64,000 bases of DNA from Eledone cirrhosa. Its lineage: Eukaryota. Numbering within the stretch: position 1 is the stretch's first letter; each line of letters begins with the position of its first letter. The stretch spans positions 360,902,001 through 360,966,000 of the forward strand of contig OZ024741.1 in assembly GCA_964016885.1 (NCBI GenBank), written 5' to 3'. The position numbers and the translations under genes are program-made. This document shows positions 26,246 through 40,599 of this stretch, piece by piece. Below the pieces are notes generated by a model. The model saw only the letters and a program-made list of their open reading frames with translations. It was not told the origin of the DNA and searched no databases.

Positions 26246-26400
26246 TATATCGAAAGGCAACCAGGCAAGCGATAGTATAGGCCTCTGGCTTATGATTGGT
26301 CCACGTAATAATAATGGTGATGCGTGGGGGCTCTGGCTTATGATTGGTCCACGTAATAACAATGGTGGTGCGTGAGGGAGGGGTGTTGGGTAGCTAGCTA

Positions 26401-26704
26401 GAAGGTAATGATTGAATGAGGTCCTCGTATTTAACAAGCGATTAACAAAAATACAAGATTTGTTCTGTTCAATACGACAAAAACTCTTGTATTTAACAAG
26501 TAATAACAAAAAAAATAGATTTGTTTTAGGATTTGGCAAGATTGGATGTTTGGACTGGATACGAAATAGAAGTGTGGAGATGATAGACAAATATGTACAT
26601 TACGTTACATGATATACCGTGGAAGGAACAGCGATGAATTTGGCAAAAGTGATTTACTTGAAGGGGTTTATCTTATATATATATAGCTAAGAGAGAGAGG
26701 GGGG

Positions 26705-26767
<63 letters not shown>

Positions 26768-27194
26768 GATGGGGGGGGGGGATAGGTTTGGCCACATGAT
26801 GTAGGTATTGGGGTGGCTGACCGCGAAGCCCTCGTGAAGTAGAGGGAGGGGGTCGAGGGATAGTAGAAGCGGGAGTTTAGGGTTTTCTAAAGAAGGAAAG
26901 GATTTTGTTTTGTTTTGAAAATACGATAGAATTAAGGAATTAAGGAATTTATAAGAAGAAGAAGAAGGAAAGGATTGAAGGTAATGATTGAATGAGGTCC
27001 TCGTATTTAACAAGCGATTAACAAAAATACAAGATTTGTTCTGTTCAATACGACAAAAACTCTCGTATTTAACAAGTAATAACAAAAAATACAGATTTGT
27101 TTTAGGATTTGGCAAGATTGGATGTTTGGACTGGATACGAAATAGAAGTGTGGAGATGATAGAAAAATATGTACATTACGTTACATGATATACC
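26401..27194. repeat. Direct duplication of a 218-bp unit (26401-26618 and 26977-27194) around a (GA)n tract; possibly a PLE pseudo-LTR
   Basis: The two copies differ at only a few positions. The minus-strand frame CRIEQ...LLNTR only loosely resembles a GIY-YIG C-terminus. Confidence 0.8.
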
Positions 27195-27688
27195 TCATGT
27201 TCATATATTACATACATGATGTACATTACGTTACATGATATACATCATGTTCATATATTACAATGTTTCACATAGATTCTATGGTTGTTTGAGCAACATT
27301 GAGAAAGTTGTTAATGAAGGCAAAATGTTCAAAGTTATCTTGCTCTAAGCATTCCATCCATAGCTATCCCATCTTGTTTTCAGACAATGTATCCATGACT
27401 TATAGTATCTATTTTATTATTTTGAAAAGTGCAGGGTGTGATTTGAGTTGTGTCAAAGACATGACAGCCTCCCTAATACTGGTACCATGATAAAATGCAC
27501 TTGATACATGCTGTAGAGTATGGGAACATATCTAAGATGTACTCCCTGACCTGTCTGAAGTCAATGGCTTCAGCTAAGTACTGATTTGGTCTATGACAAT
27601 TTGTCCAACCCTTATTAGCAGAGAAAATGAATGATGATACACACAAACACACACACAAAGTACTTTAAACTTTAGACTAAATGTTTAC

Positions 27689-27784
27689 CTGATTCAATTT
27701 TGGTGAGTATTGACCGTGCACATTTCAAAAATGTTTCTTCCACATTCTCTCCAGTCAAAGCACTTGTTTCCAAAAACATCAACT
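27689..27784 (-). CDS. RAB4: Rab4 coding exon (ETSA motif)
   Basis: tttttag|AG...G|gtaaac, 96 bp, encodes (E)[31 protein letters not shown]. Confidence 0.96.
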
Positions 27785-29593
27785 CTAAAAATAGATTTAA
27801 ATCACAATATCACCGAAAGTCAAGCTGAAAGTAGACGTTAAACCATTTATTACATCAGTCATAATAATTATTGCATAACACATTATAGAGCATTTAAGCT
27901 AATTAGTTCTACAGAAGAATATATATTTCTATATTTGATCTATAACAAGCTGGAAGGTATTTTATACTATAGAGTAGTGATTCTGAATGTGGGTTGCACA
28001 CCCCATAAGGAAGCAATTTGAATATTTTTTTGGGGGAAAATGTGAATATTTGAGGGCAATTTTTCTAAATTTTACATATTCTGGCCGGATACAGCTGGTT
28101 TAAATACGAAAGGGTTAAACAACTTTAATAATGTAATTAAATGGAAGACATAATTAAAATCTTTAATGTAATGGAACAAGTGTGAGTGTTAGGCTTTCAA
28201 CAACCTAAACTATGAAATAAAATCAACAGCTTTAATATAAAGAAACAATGCATATACACTCATGATTTGTTCAAGTACATACACAAAACATATTTGTGTA
28301 ATACAATAAATCCTGACTCGTTGAAAATATTTGTGATTATACTGCAATATTATTTAATACTAAGACTATATAAAGCTTAATTGTTCAATAAAAACAATAT
28401 GAATTTTGTAGAGAGAGCTGCAATCATGATGCATAACACTTAATAGAATTTATGTCAAAATAGAAACAAGAATTTTCATAGGTCCAACTAGTTAAATATA
28501 ACAATAGCAAGTGTTGACAATGAATTGATCCATATAAATCTACACACAACACATAGAAGCATTAGGTAATTATCATTAGTAATAGTACTGCAAAGTTGGT
28601 TGAATGATAGAACTGATATAGCACTAGATTGAATGGCTTACAGTAGTTTTGTATCACTATATTCTGAGTTTAATTTTTTTATAGTGTAAACACTGCCATT
28701 TCACCCCTCCAGATTTGATAAAACAAGTACCAGTAATATACTAGTCCAAGTCAATCAACTATATAAATTCCATCTACTATAAGAAATCATTATGTTTTGG
28801 GATTAAATAACTTTCACATTATTTCTTTGATGTTTGGAACAAAGATTCTTACATAAAATTATGATATGGTTTTCTTTTTTTTTTTAAATAAATAGCTTTG
28901 TGACAAAGAAACAAGGATGGATTTAGGTGAATTGGTATTAAAAGGGTTTAAATTTTCAATACTTATCAATAACATTTCCTGCTAGAGTGTTAGACTGGAG
29001 TGAGCAGCACAGTTTAGAAGTAGTGTCTTCATAAGTAAGGCTTATGATTCAACTGATTCTCAGTAGAAGCTGCTTCCCATTAATTGCTAATGACCTCGAG
29101 AAAGGCATACACACCACAACTCATTTTCTTTTCTCTTTCTAACCTTATTTGTTCCCATATTTCTAATGAAAGACTGCTCATAATTTTCAAAATAATGAGG
29201 AATTTGGAAGGGTTTAGTAATATAACTTTCTCATTATGAAGGACAATTTCAGGAAGTTTTGTATCAAAATGGTTAAACTTGAGGCAGTGATACTTCTAAT
29301 TTAGGACTAATCTGTGAATAGTATTTTAAGAAGACAGACAAAAACTAGCATCACCAGCACCTTCAACATATACAGTAGGGAGCCACTACATGGCCACTTA
29401 ACCTAACAGAAACAATAGTCAAATTACACCCTGCTGCCATAAAAAAGAAGAAGACAAGATGATCAAGGCTGGAACCATCAGAGCTGATCTGGGGCTGAAC
29501 AATATATAAAGTAAAGAAAACCACTTTTATTACACAATCAAGATTTAATTCCTGAATGAATGAAAGAAAGAATGAATGAAAGAACCACATTAC

Positions 29594-29748
29594 CATTCTC
29601 CTGTGCAAAGCGACTAGCTTCCAAGAGAGTTACTTCACGTTCTGCTTCCAAATCTTTTTTATTGCCCACCAATATGATGACAATGTTTGGACTAGCAAGT
29701 GTGCGGGCGTCTGTTAACCAGTTAGTGAGAGCATTGTATGTTTCTCGA
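29594..29748 (-). CDS. RAB4: Rab4 coding exon (NKxD motif)
   Basis: atatttcag|T...G|gtaatg, 155 bp, encodes [51 protein letters not shown]. Confidence 0.97.
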
Positions 29749-31524
29749 CTGAAATATAAAGTTCAAAGATAGGTAGCAATTAGAGACTAGGTTTTCTGTT
29801 GAATAACAATGCTTTGAGGTGAATAATGTACTCTTTGATAGACTACAATTATCTAACCACTAAGACACCTTACCCAAGCGTGTACCTTGGAGGGGAACTT
29901 TCTAGGTGCAAAACCCATTGTCATTCGTGACCAAAGGAGGTATTTACCCTTTTAAATGTGGTTGGTGTGAGGAAGGGCTTCCAGTTGTAAAATACCCGGC
30001 CAAATTTATAGTCCTCGCCGGAGCGACATGGCCAACCATGGCCAGATTTGCTCCCGGTATGGACGACCCGCCTAACCCATGCAAGCATGGAAGAATTGAT
30101 GCTAAATGGAAATGATGATAATCTAATTGAAATACTGAATGATCATGGCTGGAACATCTTGAAGAATAGGTTTACTAGGCTACCGTTAACCTGGGCTCAG
30201 CAACAACAACTAATATTACTACTAATAATAATAATACTACCACCATCAACCTGCAAGAAATAGCAGCCTAATCCTCATCACATCATATCATATCTTTTCT
30301 CTTAATAGGGCAAGGACATCTTGGATAATATGGTCCTAAATGCATACTGCTTAAAAACAAGACAGAGTGGTCATGGTTGGAATATTTATGATCATAGATT
30401 TGCAGTAGTTGAAGTAACAACAGCAACCATTAGTATTACTAACAGCCAAATACCTCACTTTAACTCTTTAGAATTTAAACTGGTTGTATCTGACCAGAAT
30501 TCTCTCACCCCTTTCTGTTCAAACTGGCTGTAACCGGCTACTCATACTGATGTTGAGGTGTATTGTTCTCAAAATAAATATCAAAATCTCAGATACAATA
30601 TTATGTGAGATAATTATGTGAAGTAAAGACTAACATGAAAATATAATAGTATATATAGAGTAATGCAAATGCCAAAGGGTTAAAGAAAAAAACATGACAC
30701 AATGGATAATGTAGTCTCATACATATATGTATAAAGAGAAAAGCCAGGATATCCATGGCTAGGATGACTGATCAAAGTCCTGCTCGATTTGGGTAAACTT
30801 TAAGGTCTTCTTTTTCTTCTTGCATATGAGACAGCTGTAATTCTGTGAGGCCCCTCCATCAGCAGCTTGCCAGTGTGACTTGCCAGAACAGACTGCTGAA
30901 CATATACTAAGTGCCTGGATCTCCGCCCCCCTGAGAATATGGACCTCTCACACTCTAGCTTTAAGGTAAACAACTATAACTACTGCTACAGCTGTTGCTA
31001 TTATTACTACCACCACTGACACTATTACTATTATTACCCCCAATTCATACCAGTTTCATTTACCACATAGTACAGTTAGTTTTTTCCTACATTCAATGAC
31101 CAATGATACTGATTGTCTTAACTCTTTCATTACTATATATCTAATGAAAAACAGTTCCTATAATTTTCAAATAAGTTTGAAAATGATCAACAATTAAGGG
31201 TTCTTACATAAAACTATGATGGGAAGTTTTTAGATAAATATAAACACATTAAAATAAACTTATAGAACCAAGTGTAGGTTCAGATGGCTTGGTATAAAAA
31301 CAGTTACACACACACCAATACATATGCATTCATAGTGACACGCATGCATACATAGTGACACACACATACATACCGACACACACCTATCAGATACACATGC
31401 ATATTCCTACGCAGCGAGACATGCATATACATATACACACATACAGACATGCACAGATACCAGATTCCAATACAAATGCATAATACTGACACACATACAT
31501 ACATAGTCAGGCAGCAACACTGAC

Positions 31525-31587
31525 CTTGTGATATCATAGACCAACAAAGCACCAGCAGCTCCTCGGTAATAGCTTCGAGTGACTGAA
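31525..31587 (-). CDS. RAB4: Rab4 coding exon
   Basis: ttttttacag|T...AG|gtcagt, 63 bp, encodes SVTRSYYRGAAGALLVYDIT(S). Confidence 0.96.
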
Positions 31588-31854
31588 CTGTAAAAAAGAA
31601 GTCAACAGATGATAAGATATCAACATATTAATTAAACATACATATATGGTATAGGTGGCGAATTGGCAAAGTCGTTAAGACATCGAATAGAATGCTTTAT
31701 GGTATTCATCCCACCTCATTGCGTGCTCTGAGTTCAAATCCCAGTGGAAGGAAGCCACAGTAGAGGTAGACCAAGGAAGAGATGGGCAGAGGTGGTGTGA
31801 GCTGAGCTCCAATCACTGAGACTCGCAGAGGAGATGACCTGTCCAATGATGATG

Positions 31855-31893
<39 letters not shown>

Positions 31894-32476
31894 ATGTATA
31901 TGTGTATATATATATAAGATTCAGAAGATCCCGTAAAAGTGTGAAAGCAGCAATTCTTTGCATAAACTTTCATCTGTACATATAATAAATATTTGCTCTA
32001 CAGGTCATTTTTTTTTTGATGAAGGGTAGCGTTCGAAACGTTAAGACCCTCTTTCTGCTATTTCAAGCGTTAACCTAATATATTCCTTCCATATACGGTA
32101 CTGATTGTGTTGTTAATTCTGTTTACCTTTTATATATATATATATATAATCTTTATTGAGCCCTCTTCGGATTTTAGTCTTCACATTTATTATTACTATA
32201 TATATATGTATTGTCTGGTGTCAGAGTACAGAACTATACATCTCCCGACTAAAATATCTCATCCTCATCAGTGAATCCTCCAGTGTATCAATGCTTTACC
32301 ATATTTATAATTATTGTCGTTGCTATTCTCATAACAAGTCAAGTGACTGGTTCAATTTGGACTCATGGTTCAAATCGTTTCATTTCACTTACCTCAATAA
32401 TGCCTATTTGCTCCCACATCCACCTTACAGCACCTTTCAATAAACTGATGCTTAAACAAAGAACCTGTGTTACTTA

Positions 32477-32647
<171 letters not shown>

Positions 32648-33937
32648 TCAGTACATATTTAGATTATATAAGTTTAGAAAAACAGACCAGAAATATCTAA
32701 AAAATTCCACCATGGTTTATTTTGCCTTTCATCATTTTAGGTTCAATAAAGAAAGTACCAGTGCAGCCCTCTTTCTCTTTCTTGCTATCACATCCTAGAT
32801 GTTTTACTGGGTCAGAAGTATGAAAACAGAAGGTGTTTGTACAGACACAAATCTATGCCTGTTCAGGACTATAAAGACACCCAAAACAATTAGCTTAAGT
32901 TGTATTTGATTTCAAATGATGATTATAATGATTTCTAAGATAGACACTAGGCCTCAAAGTGCGATGGATTAAATTAATCCAATACTTGACTTGTATTAAT
33001 TTACCAATCATGGAAACAGGAAACGCAAAGCTATCCAAGTAAGTGGAGTATAAAAGGTAACTACATTTTGAAAAGTATTTTAACTATCTATATCAATTTT
33101 GAGATGGTCAATGGTAGTCAACCTCAATAGAATTTAAACTTAGAAATAAAGATATATTAAATACTGCAAGGCCTCTTATCCACCATTCTACTGATTCTAC
33201 TAACAACCACTTTTTCTCAGATGTAATATATTAGTTTACATTTATATTTATCAAAAATGTAGCTCTATCTTCTTTACCCACATATTCCTGTGGAGGTCAT
33301 GGAGGCAGATTCCTCAAGTACACCTTATAACGGGTTCTGTCACAAGCAACCATCTCCAATTGATCTGGTTGGATCAGCCAAGTTCATGGATGTTATCTAA
33401 CCGTCTTGCAAGAGGTCTACCCCTAAGACCCCCTACCGGTTGGTTTTGCCTGTAAAATCTGTCCAACGATTCTTTCCTGGGACATTCTTACCACATGTAC
33501 ATAATATCTGAACTGTGACCTCTCAATTCAGAGAAGTAGCTGCTCTACCTGGAACAACTCTCTGCTATCCACTCTACTGAGTAACGTTACTCCAAAGATC
33601 CTTTGGAGAAACCCCACTTTAGCTGCTTGTATTCTTCAGTTAATAATTGTGAGCAGACTCCCCAGGTATTTGATAACATCCATGTTTTCACAACTAAGTA
33701 CAGTTTCACATATCCCTTTATCTGCATCACTATACCTTTTTAAATTTTTGTGGAAATTCATGCCCTTTTATCTTTTTGTATTTTACACAGCCCACCTATT
33801 AATTTCCATATGGTGTGTGACATTACATGCTAATTTCACTAGTTTAGTGTCATATATACAGTTTAATAGAAAAAGAAAAAAAAATGAAATGTAAAATAGG
33901 AAAATATAGAGAAAAAATAGAAACAGAAAAATAAAAT

Positions 33938-34050
33938 TGGAAGGGGAGAGAATGGCACGAACTCTACTGTCACAGAAGACTGGGAAGAGGAGGATGATTG
34001 GGCTATTGGCCTAGGGTGCAGTGGTAGAGGGGCTGCGCCCTGCTGACAAT
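33938..34050 (-). mobile_element. Short CRE-related 3' end fragment
   Basis: Similar to 21068-21190 (gattgggct..ggcctaggg...gctg.gccc...ctgacaa). Confidence 0.55.
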
Positions 34051-34111
34051 CAACTATACCAGAGCTAAACAGCTACAATACAGAGTGCAATGAAAGAAGC
34101 TTCATACTTAC

Positions 34112-34192
34112 ATTTGTTCTCAATGAATTGATGTAAAACACAGGACTTCCCAGTACCAGCACTTCCTATCACTAGGAATTTGAATAAGAAAT
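34112..34192 (-). CDS. RAB4: Rab4 small GTPase, first coding exon found (internal exon carrying the P-loop)
   Basis: Read by hand: tttttcag|AT...T|gtaagt, 81 bp, encodes (D)[26 protein letters not shown]. The GxxxxGKS motif and flanks match Rab4. Confidence 0.96.
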
Positions 34193-34427
34193 CTGAAAAA
34201 TTCACACACAAGGATTAAGATACGAGATTAAAGCATTACTAAAAATGACAAGAGATACAGACATACAGATTAAATGACAAGAAGAGCACACATATAGAAT
34301 AAATAGAAGAAAAGAATAAATAATCTTCATAACTGCTGGAATTCTGAAGAAAATTATATCCACACAAAAGTGTTGGGGAAATAAACTCACAGAAAATTTA
34401 ACACTGATTGTAAAAAAAAGAAATTGT

Positions 34428-34634
34428 TTTAACTCTTTTGTGACCATATTTCTAATGAACAACAACTGGCTGTGGTTTTCAGATCATTTTGAAAATAATT
34501 GTTTGAAAGGATTTAGTCAAATAACTAATTTTTTTCATTATTTAGCAGGTAATTGGAATATATCTTAAAGGTTTTTACATAAAAATGACAGAACCAGGGG
34601 TGGTTTCAGGTAGCTTGGTATCAAAAGGATTAAC
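34428..34634 (+). mobile_element. piggyBac-type MITE, family B (older copies near 8830, 14730, 17730, 20890, 29140, 31120, 58142, 60097)
   Basis: ttaactcttttgtgaccatatttctaatg...ggtatcaaaaggattaa; shared body across copies, TTAA ends. Confidence 0.7.
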
Positions 34635-37317
34635 CCTTTTGTAACCATATTTCTAATGGAATACAACTGCTTGCATGTTTCAATTAATTTTGAAAATAAG
34701 GAATTTAGGTTGCTTATAGAAGGATTAAAAGAAATTTATTCAGATTTCAACTGTCTAGTTAAGTAATAGAAATTAGCATTTGACATAAAACCAGAAGAAA
34801 TGAAAATGTGTGTTAGTGTTTTGCCTGTCAGACTGGATTTATTGGAGAGAAAACACAGGAAAGTGAGTGGCAAAGAGAGATAAAGAGTTATTAGAACTAA
34901 AGATTAAGAAATGTTTCTTTAACCATTGAGTTAATATTACATTATCAATTATTATTTCTTTTTGTAACAAGCTATTCATTTGGTTTAAGGCACCAAGTTG
35001 GCAGTCATTATGGCACAGCATGAAATGCCTTGCAGTATTCATTCCAGTTCTCTTGTGGTCTTAGCTCTGAGGTCAATTTTTGTCTTTCCTTTTTTCGAAG
35101 TTCATAAATTAAGTACCAGTCTAGTGCTGGAGCCAACTCTTTTCACTCACATTCTCTCTCCCTGGAAGAAATTGGCTATGTTTAGACCGGGAAAGGATAG
35201 GCTTTTCAAGGTTTAAAATGCCCATAACATGTCATATATCACAACAGCACTCCTACTATGCCACTAAGAGTTGAGGACTTGAGGACTCAAGAAAGTAAGG
35301 CAAAAATAAGGTATCTGGTTTGGTACTGTTTTACTAATTCCAGCCAGTATGCTGTGGTCATATTAGAGTACTGCCACCAATACTTCACATTTTTAGATTC
35401 AAACTGCACCAGAAATGCAATTATAATTTTTCAGATTTATTAACCTCATATTACAAGTGTCAGTATATGGCTGACTTAGCATTATAGCCACCCCCACCTG
35501 CCCCCTACAGGCAAAGAAATGCACTGGGACCCTTACATACACAACCACAGCATACATAGATTAGCATTGGGCCCCTAGACCCAGTGAAACCCAAGGAAAC
35601 TGCCTACTGTGTCCATGTCTTAAGAACAAACTACTGACATCAGTTGTTAGCTGCTGAGATACTGCATCCTTTAAAACCTCTGTGCTTCCTAAAATTCGCC
35701 AACACTACACCTGATATCCCTCCCTCACACACGCATGTATATCATGACTCAGTGTTCACTTTCCTGACATTTGTACATTATTCTATGTACTATACAAGCA
35801 CCTTTGATGAGTTGTAGTGCATTGAGCACTGTACACAATCATTTTATTATTATTATTATTATTGCACTGTATGTGGCCTAGTAGATAACATTATTACCGA
35901 TTTATATATAAAGTTTTTTTTTTGTTTTTTTTTGTAGTTTCAATCAAGCCTGATATTATGTACACCTTAAGACCTAAGACATCTGAGGTCAAACCAATTG
36001 AAATATAGAATAGATGTCAATATTAGAAAATATTTCATGTGTATAGATGTGGTTATAAGTCTGAAAAATCAACCGTATTAACAATAACCAATCTCAGACA
36101 TTTCATCTACAATGAATTCTAAATTTCATTCCTCTGAGGGTCAGTAAAATAACTATTAATTATATACATGAATTGTATTAATCAGTGATAGCTCACTTTT
36201 ATGAGAGAGAGAAATACACTGTATTCTTAAGAATGAAATCATTGTATCATTGTATCATTGTTGGCAGATAATAGTGTACCAAGAACAATAGAATAAAGCT
36301 CTAGGCAAAGTAAAGTAACCAAGTTTCAATTCTTGGTTGTGTGGCAGTTTCACTACTCCTCTTACCATCATCCTGTTACATTAATTTATCCCCGCTGGCA
36401 TGGGTTAGACAGGTCTTCGCTAGCATACTTTCCCTCCATTGCATTCTTATGTCATCTCCTCTGTGAGGTTCAGCAATTTGAAATTTGCTTTCCCCACCTC
36501 TAACCAGGTCTTCCTTGGTCACAACTTCCTCCTATTGGGACTTCATTAATTAATGATCATCTATACACATCACATGGATGATTACATAACTAATGTATTT
36601 GAAGAAGATATGGGCACCCCACGTTATCCTACTTAACAGCCCCACTTATCTCCTCTGAAAAAAAAATGTTGTCAAAAAAACTCTTCATAATCAAATAAAA
36701 TCATGATCATCAACATTTAATATTCGTTCTTTCATACTGGCATGGGTTGAATTATAACAAAAAATACAAACAATAACAAAAACATTAGCATAGGCACGGC
36801 TGTGAGGTTCAGGAGTTTACTTTGGAAACCCATGGTTTCACCTTCAGTCTCACTGCATGGTATATTGGGCAAGTGTCTTTTACTATGGACTCAGGTTGAC
36901 CAATGCCTTGTGAATAAAATTTGGAGACAGAAACTATAGAAGCCTGTCATATATATATCACAACATCCAGTCGTAAATAAATGAGGTCGTGTAGGTATCA
37001 CGACAAAAAAAAAACACAGTCCACGTTGTAATGTGGCCGTGTAGGTAACACGGTAAAAACCTCCCAGCCCACACTGTAAACGTGGTTGGTGTTAGGAAGG
37101 GCATCCAGCTGTAGAAAACCTGCCAGACAGTCCTATACGAGCAAGACAACCAATCTTGCCCCAAGTGGGACAATTCCTGCCTAAACCCATGCTAGCGTGG
37201 AAGATAAACGTTGGCAATGTGTACACACACACTCTCTCTCTCTCTCCTGACATTTGTACATTATCATATGTACTATACATACATATTTGATGAGTTGTAG
37301 TGCACACAATAATTTTA

Positions 37318-37423
37318 GAGTGAGTGAGTGAGTGAGTGAGTGAGTGAGTGTGTAAGTGTGTGAGTGAGTGAGTGAGTGAGTGAGTGAGTGAGTGAGTGAG
37401 TGAGTGAGTGAGTGAGTGAGTGA

Positions 37424-37467
<44 letters not shown>
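37318..37467. repeat. (GAGT)n + (GT)n microsatellite
   Basis: Direct reading. Confidence 0.97.
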
Positions 37468-37469
<2 letters not shown>

Positions 37470-38179
37470 GGGGCCAGTTTATATTTACATCCAACAAGTT
37501 AGTGGTTTAACAAAACCAGGTTGATCAAATAGGCATGAGACTTGCAAAAAAAAAAAAAAAGTACTGTATTTGATACAATCGACTAAATTCCTTCAGTGTG
37601 GTGTCCTAGCATGGCCACAGTCTAATAACTGAAACCAATAGATGAAAACCATGTTAAATTTGAAACATGGAGATGATATGGATAAATCAATGATTGATGA
37701 AGCAATAGATATGGGTCAGACACCTCTATTGAACCTCCCCCCTTTCCTTTCATTCAAATGTAACTAGAACCAATTTAAACTAGACATTGTTTCCCCATGA
37801 ATCAATACAAACTGAGCTTCATCTCTCTCATAATGTGAGAGAGACAATGATAAAATTATATTATACAGACAGTATACATACATTCCTGGAGGGAAATTTT
37901 AACAATGACTAGCAACATTTTGTCTTCAAGGTAGCATTGGTGATAGTATTAATGATGCTGATATAACAATACCATCATCACCACTGCAATCACATTATCC
38001 TTATTGCCACTATCACATCACTTATATCATTTTGGCATTACGTTCATTTAACCATGATGGCACAGCTGTACTAATTCAAAATTGCCATATGCTCAACTTA
38101 CACTGCACTTTTAAAGAAATCTTTAAATAATGATGAATTAATTTATCTATCTGTATCATTTCATATTTCTTCAAGTTAG

Positions 38180-38460
38180 AGGATTGACAAAAAGTTTTGG
38201 TATATAACTAAACTGACACTATCCATCTTCTGGCCCACAAGCTTGTTGTCCCCTACCTCTGTGTCTTCTACCATTACTATAATGGTCTCTGCTCCTTGGA
38301 GCTTGCTAAACTCACGCCTCTCCTGACTCAATCCTATGATGCAAACTGACCATTATGCTTAGTCCTTTTTGTCCAGAATGTTAGCCCTCTGGAATATCCT
38401 CCCTGATCATAGCTTTCCCAAAGGAGTGGATCTGCAACAAACAACACCAACAACATCAGT
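38180..38460 (+). mobile_element. Decayed CR1/L2-group LINE 3' coding fragment
   Basis: Translation resembling FYHYYNGLCS.EL...FLSRMLALWNILP..FP...DLQ, like CR1-group RT C-termini. Confidence 0.5.
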
Positions 38461-40257
38461 CTCTAGTCTCAGAGGTCCTGTGAAGTCTACAGGTACTTCC
38501 CTTTCCTCCAGAACGACCAAGTAAAAAGCAATACTATGAGTCATTTAGGTTCATTCATTTATGTTCCAAGTTAAAATTTTGCTGGATTCACTTTTCCTTT
38601 GAACTTTCCAGGGTGGGGAGTCAAAATAAGTGTCAGTTGAGTACTAGGGTTGATTTATTTAACTATATCTCCGTTCGCTAAATGCTTATTTAAGCAACCG
38701 ATATATTTGAGATACATTAGCTAACTATATAATATATTGGATTTACTAGTTGATGAATCAGGAGTTTAAATCTGCTAGACAAGATACTTTGTTCTGACTA
38801 ATTTTACATAGCTTTGGAAAATAGGAAATGTTACTTCTTATAGACTAGCATCCTTTCCAGGAAGATGTTTATCTTTCATCAGCTTACTGCTTCAGAAATC
38901 CCAGCTTAATAGCTATAGCTTTTGGACCATTGTAATTTGTGGAAAGGACAGATTCATGACTTTAATTAATTAAACAATTAATTACATAATGAACAAATAA
39001 CAGAGTCACATACATTCAGAGGGCTACACAATGCTGTAATTATCACATATTGAAAGGACAGATTTAAACTAGCCAGCTAAAGCATTAAGAATTAGCTTTA
39101 TCTGCTCTACTAATCAACAATATACTACATAAGATGATATATGATTAAAGTGTCAATCTTACACTGTAACAGAAGTGTGCAACTATACTTTCATTACAGA
39201 CTAGATTAACTAATAAAGAGATGTAATTTACAGGTTCTCAACACATTAGCCAAACCTATTATCAGTGGTAATTGGTTAATGCCTCTTCTATTGATATCCT
39301 CTCCCCTTGTTCCAGCAGAACAGCCTGAATAGTTAATTTTGTTCAATAAAGAAGACCTGAAGAAATTACCAGACATTATAGCCAGGAATGTGGCAGCAGA
39401 AATTCTAAAGGGCTGGTGTAGTTGATCCCAGTACTTGGCTGTTACTTATTTTGGGGAACATGTAGCTGGTTTACTTGAAATGCAAAAGTCAACTCCAAAT
39501 GAGATTTGAACTCAGTATAAAAACTAAATACTGTAAGGTTTTAAAGTATAATCACTACCCATTTCAGCCAACCCAATATTCTGGTCGTGCTAATGGGCAC
39601 AAATGGTAGAGAAATTAACCACTCATTGAGTATGAAGAGCAGAGATAATGACTAATCTGTCTGAAACTGCCCTTAGTTTTATGATACAAAACTGATTTTT
39701 TAATATTTATATCTAAATTAAACCATGTCATAATTTTTTAAAAGAACCTTTTGTTAAATCATATTCCAAACACCAGCTTAATAATGAAAATGTTATGTTA
39801 TATTACTAAATTCTTCCAAATTCTTAATTATTTTTCAAATAAATTAAAATCCACAGCTGTATTCTTTTTTCACATCAGCAAAGGAGGGCCACAAATTTAT
39901 AGGAAAAGTGAATATAGCTGATTGAATAAACACTCAGTATATTACTGGTACTTATTTTATTGAGCCTGGAATGAATGAAAAGTAAAAACAAAACTAGTGT
40001 TGAAAACCAGCAGTTTCCCATACATACAAAACATCCCTTTCCTTACCACCAATATTGTCCAAGAGAAAGGCAAAATCTGATACAACTTGGCACCAGTGTT
40101 GTTGCAACTTATTTCCAGCTGAGTGAACTGGAGTAATGTTAAATAAAGAGTCAGGCTCAAGGACACAATGTGCTGTCTGCTCTAGTAATCAAACTCAGAA
40201 CCTTATCATCATGATCTCAACAACTTTAATAAATCATGTACCTTTACATACAGAATA

Positions 40258-40486
40258 TTAACCCTTTAGCATTTAAAACAGTCATATCTGGCCAGAATTG
40301 TCTCACCTCTTTCTGTTCAAACCAGCTGTAACTGACTGCTTAAACTGATGTTAAGGTATTGTTCTCAAAATAAATAACATCAAAACCTCGTAGATTCAAT
40401 ATCATGTGGGATAATTATGTAAAATAAAGCCTTTACTCTATATTTACTATTGTATTTTTGTGGTAATGTAAATGTTAAAGGGTTAA
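40258..40486 (+). mobile_element. piggyBac-type MITE, family A (other copies 21870-22085, 30460-30683, 49932-50141, 59099-59321, 62046-62263)
   Basis: TTAA|CCCTTTAGCATTT...AAATGTTAAAGGG|TTAA: TTAA duplication with CCC/GGG-ended TIRs and a shared ~210-bp body. Confidence 0.85.
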
Positions 40487-40599
40487 ACATAAAAATAAAG
40501 CACCTAACAACTATGGCCTGATATAATATCTAAGAAAATATTATTAATCAGTGAATCTCATGACTTTGCAATATATCTATATATCTATATATATATATA

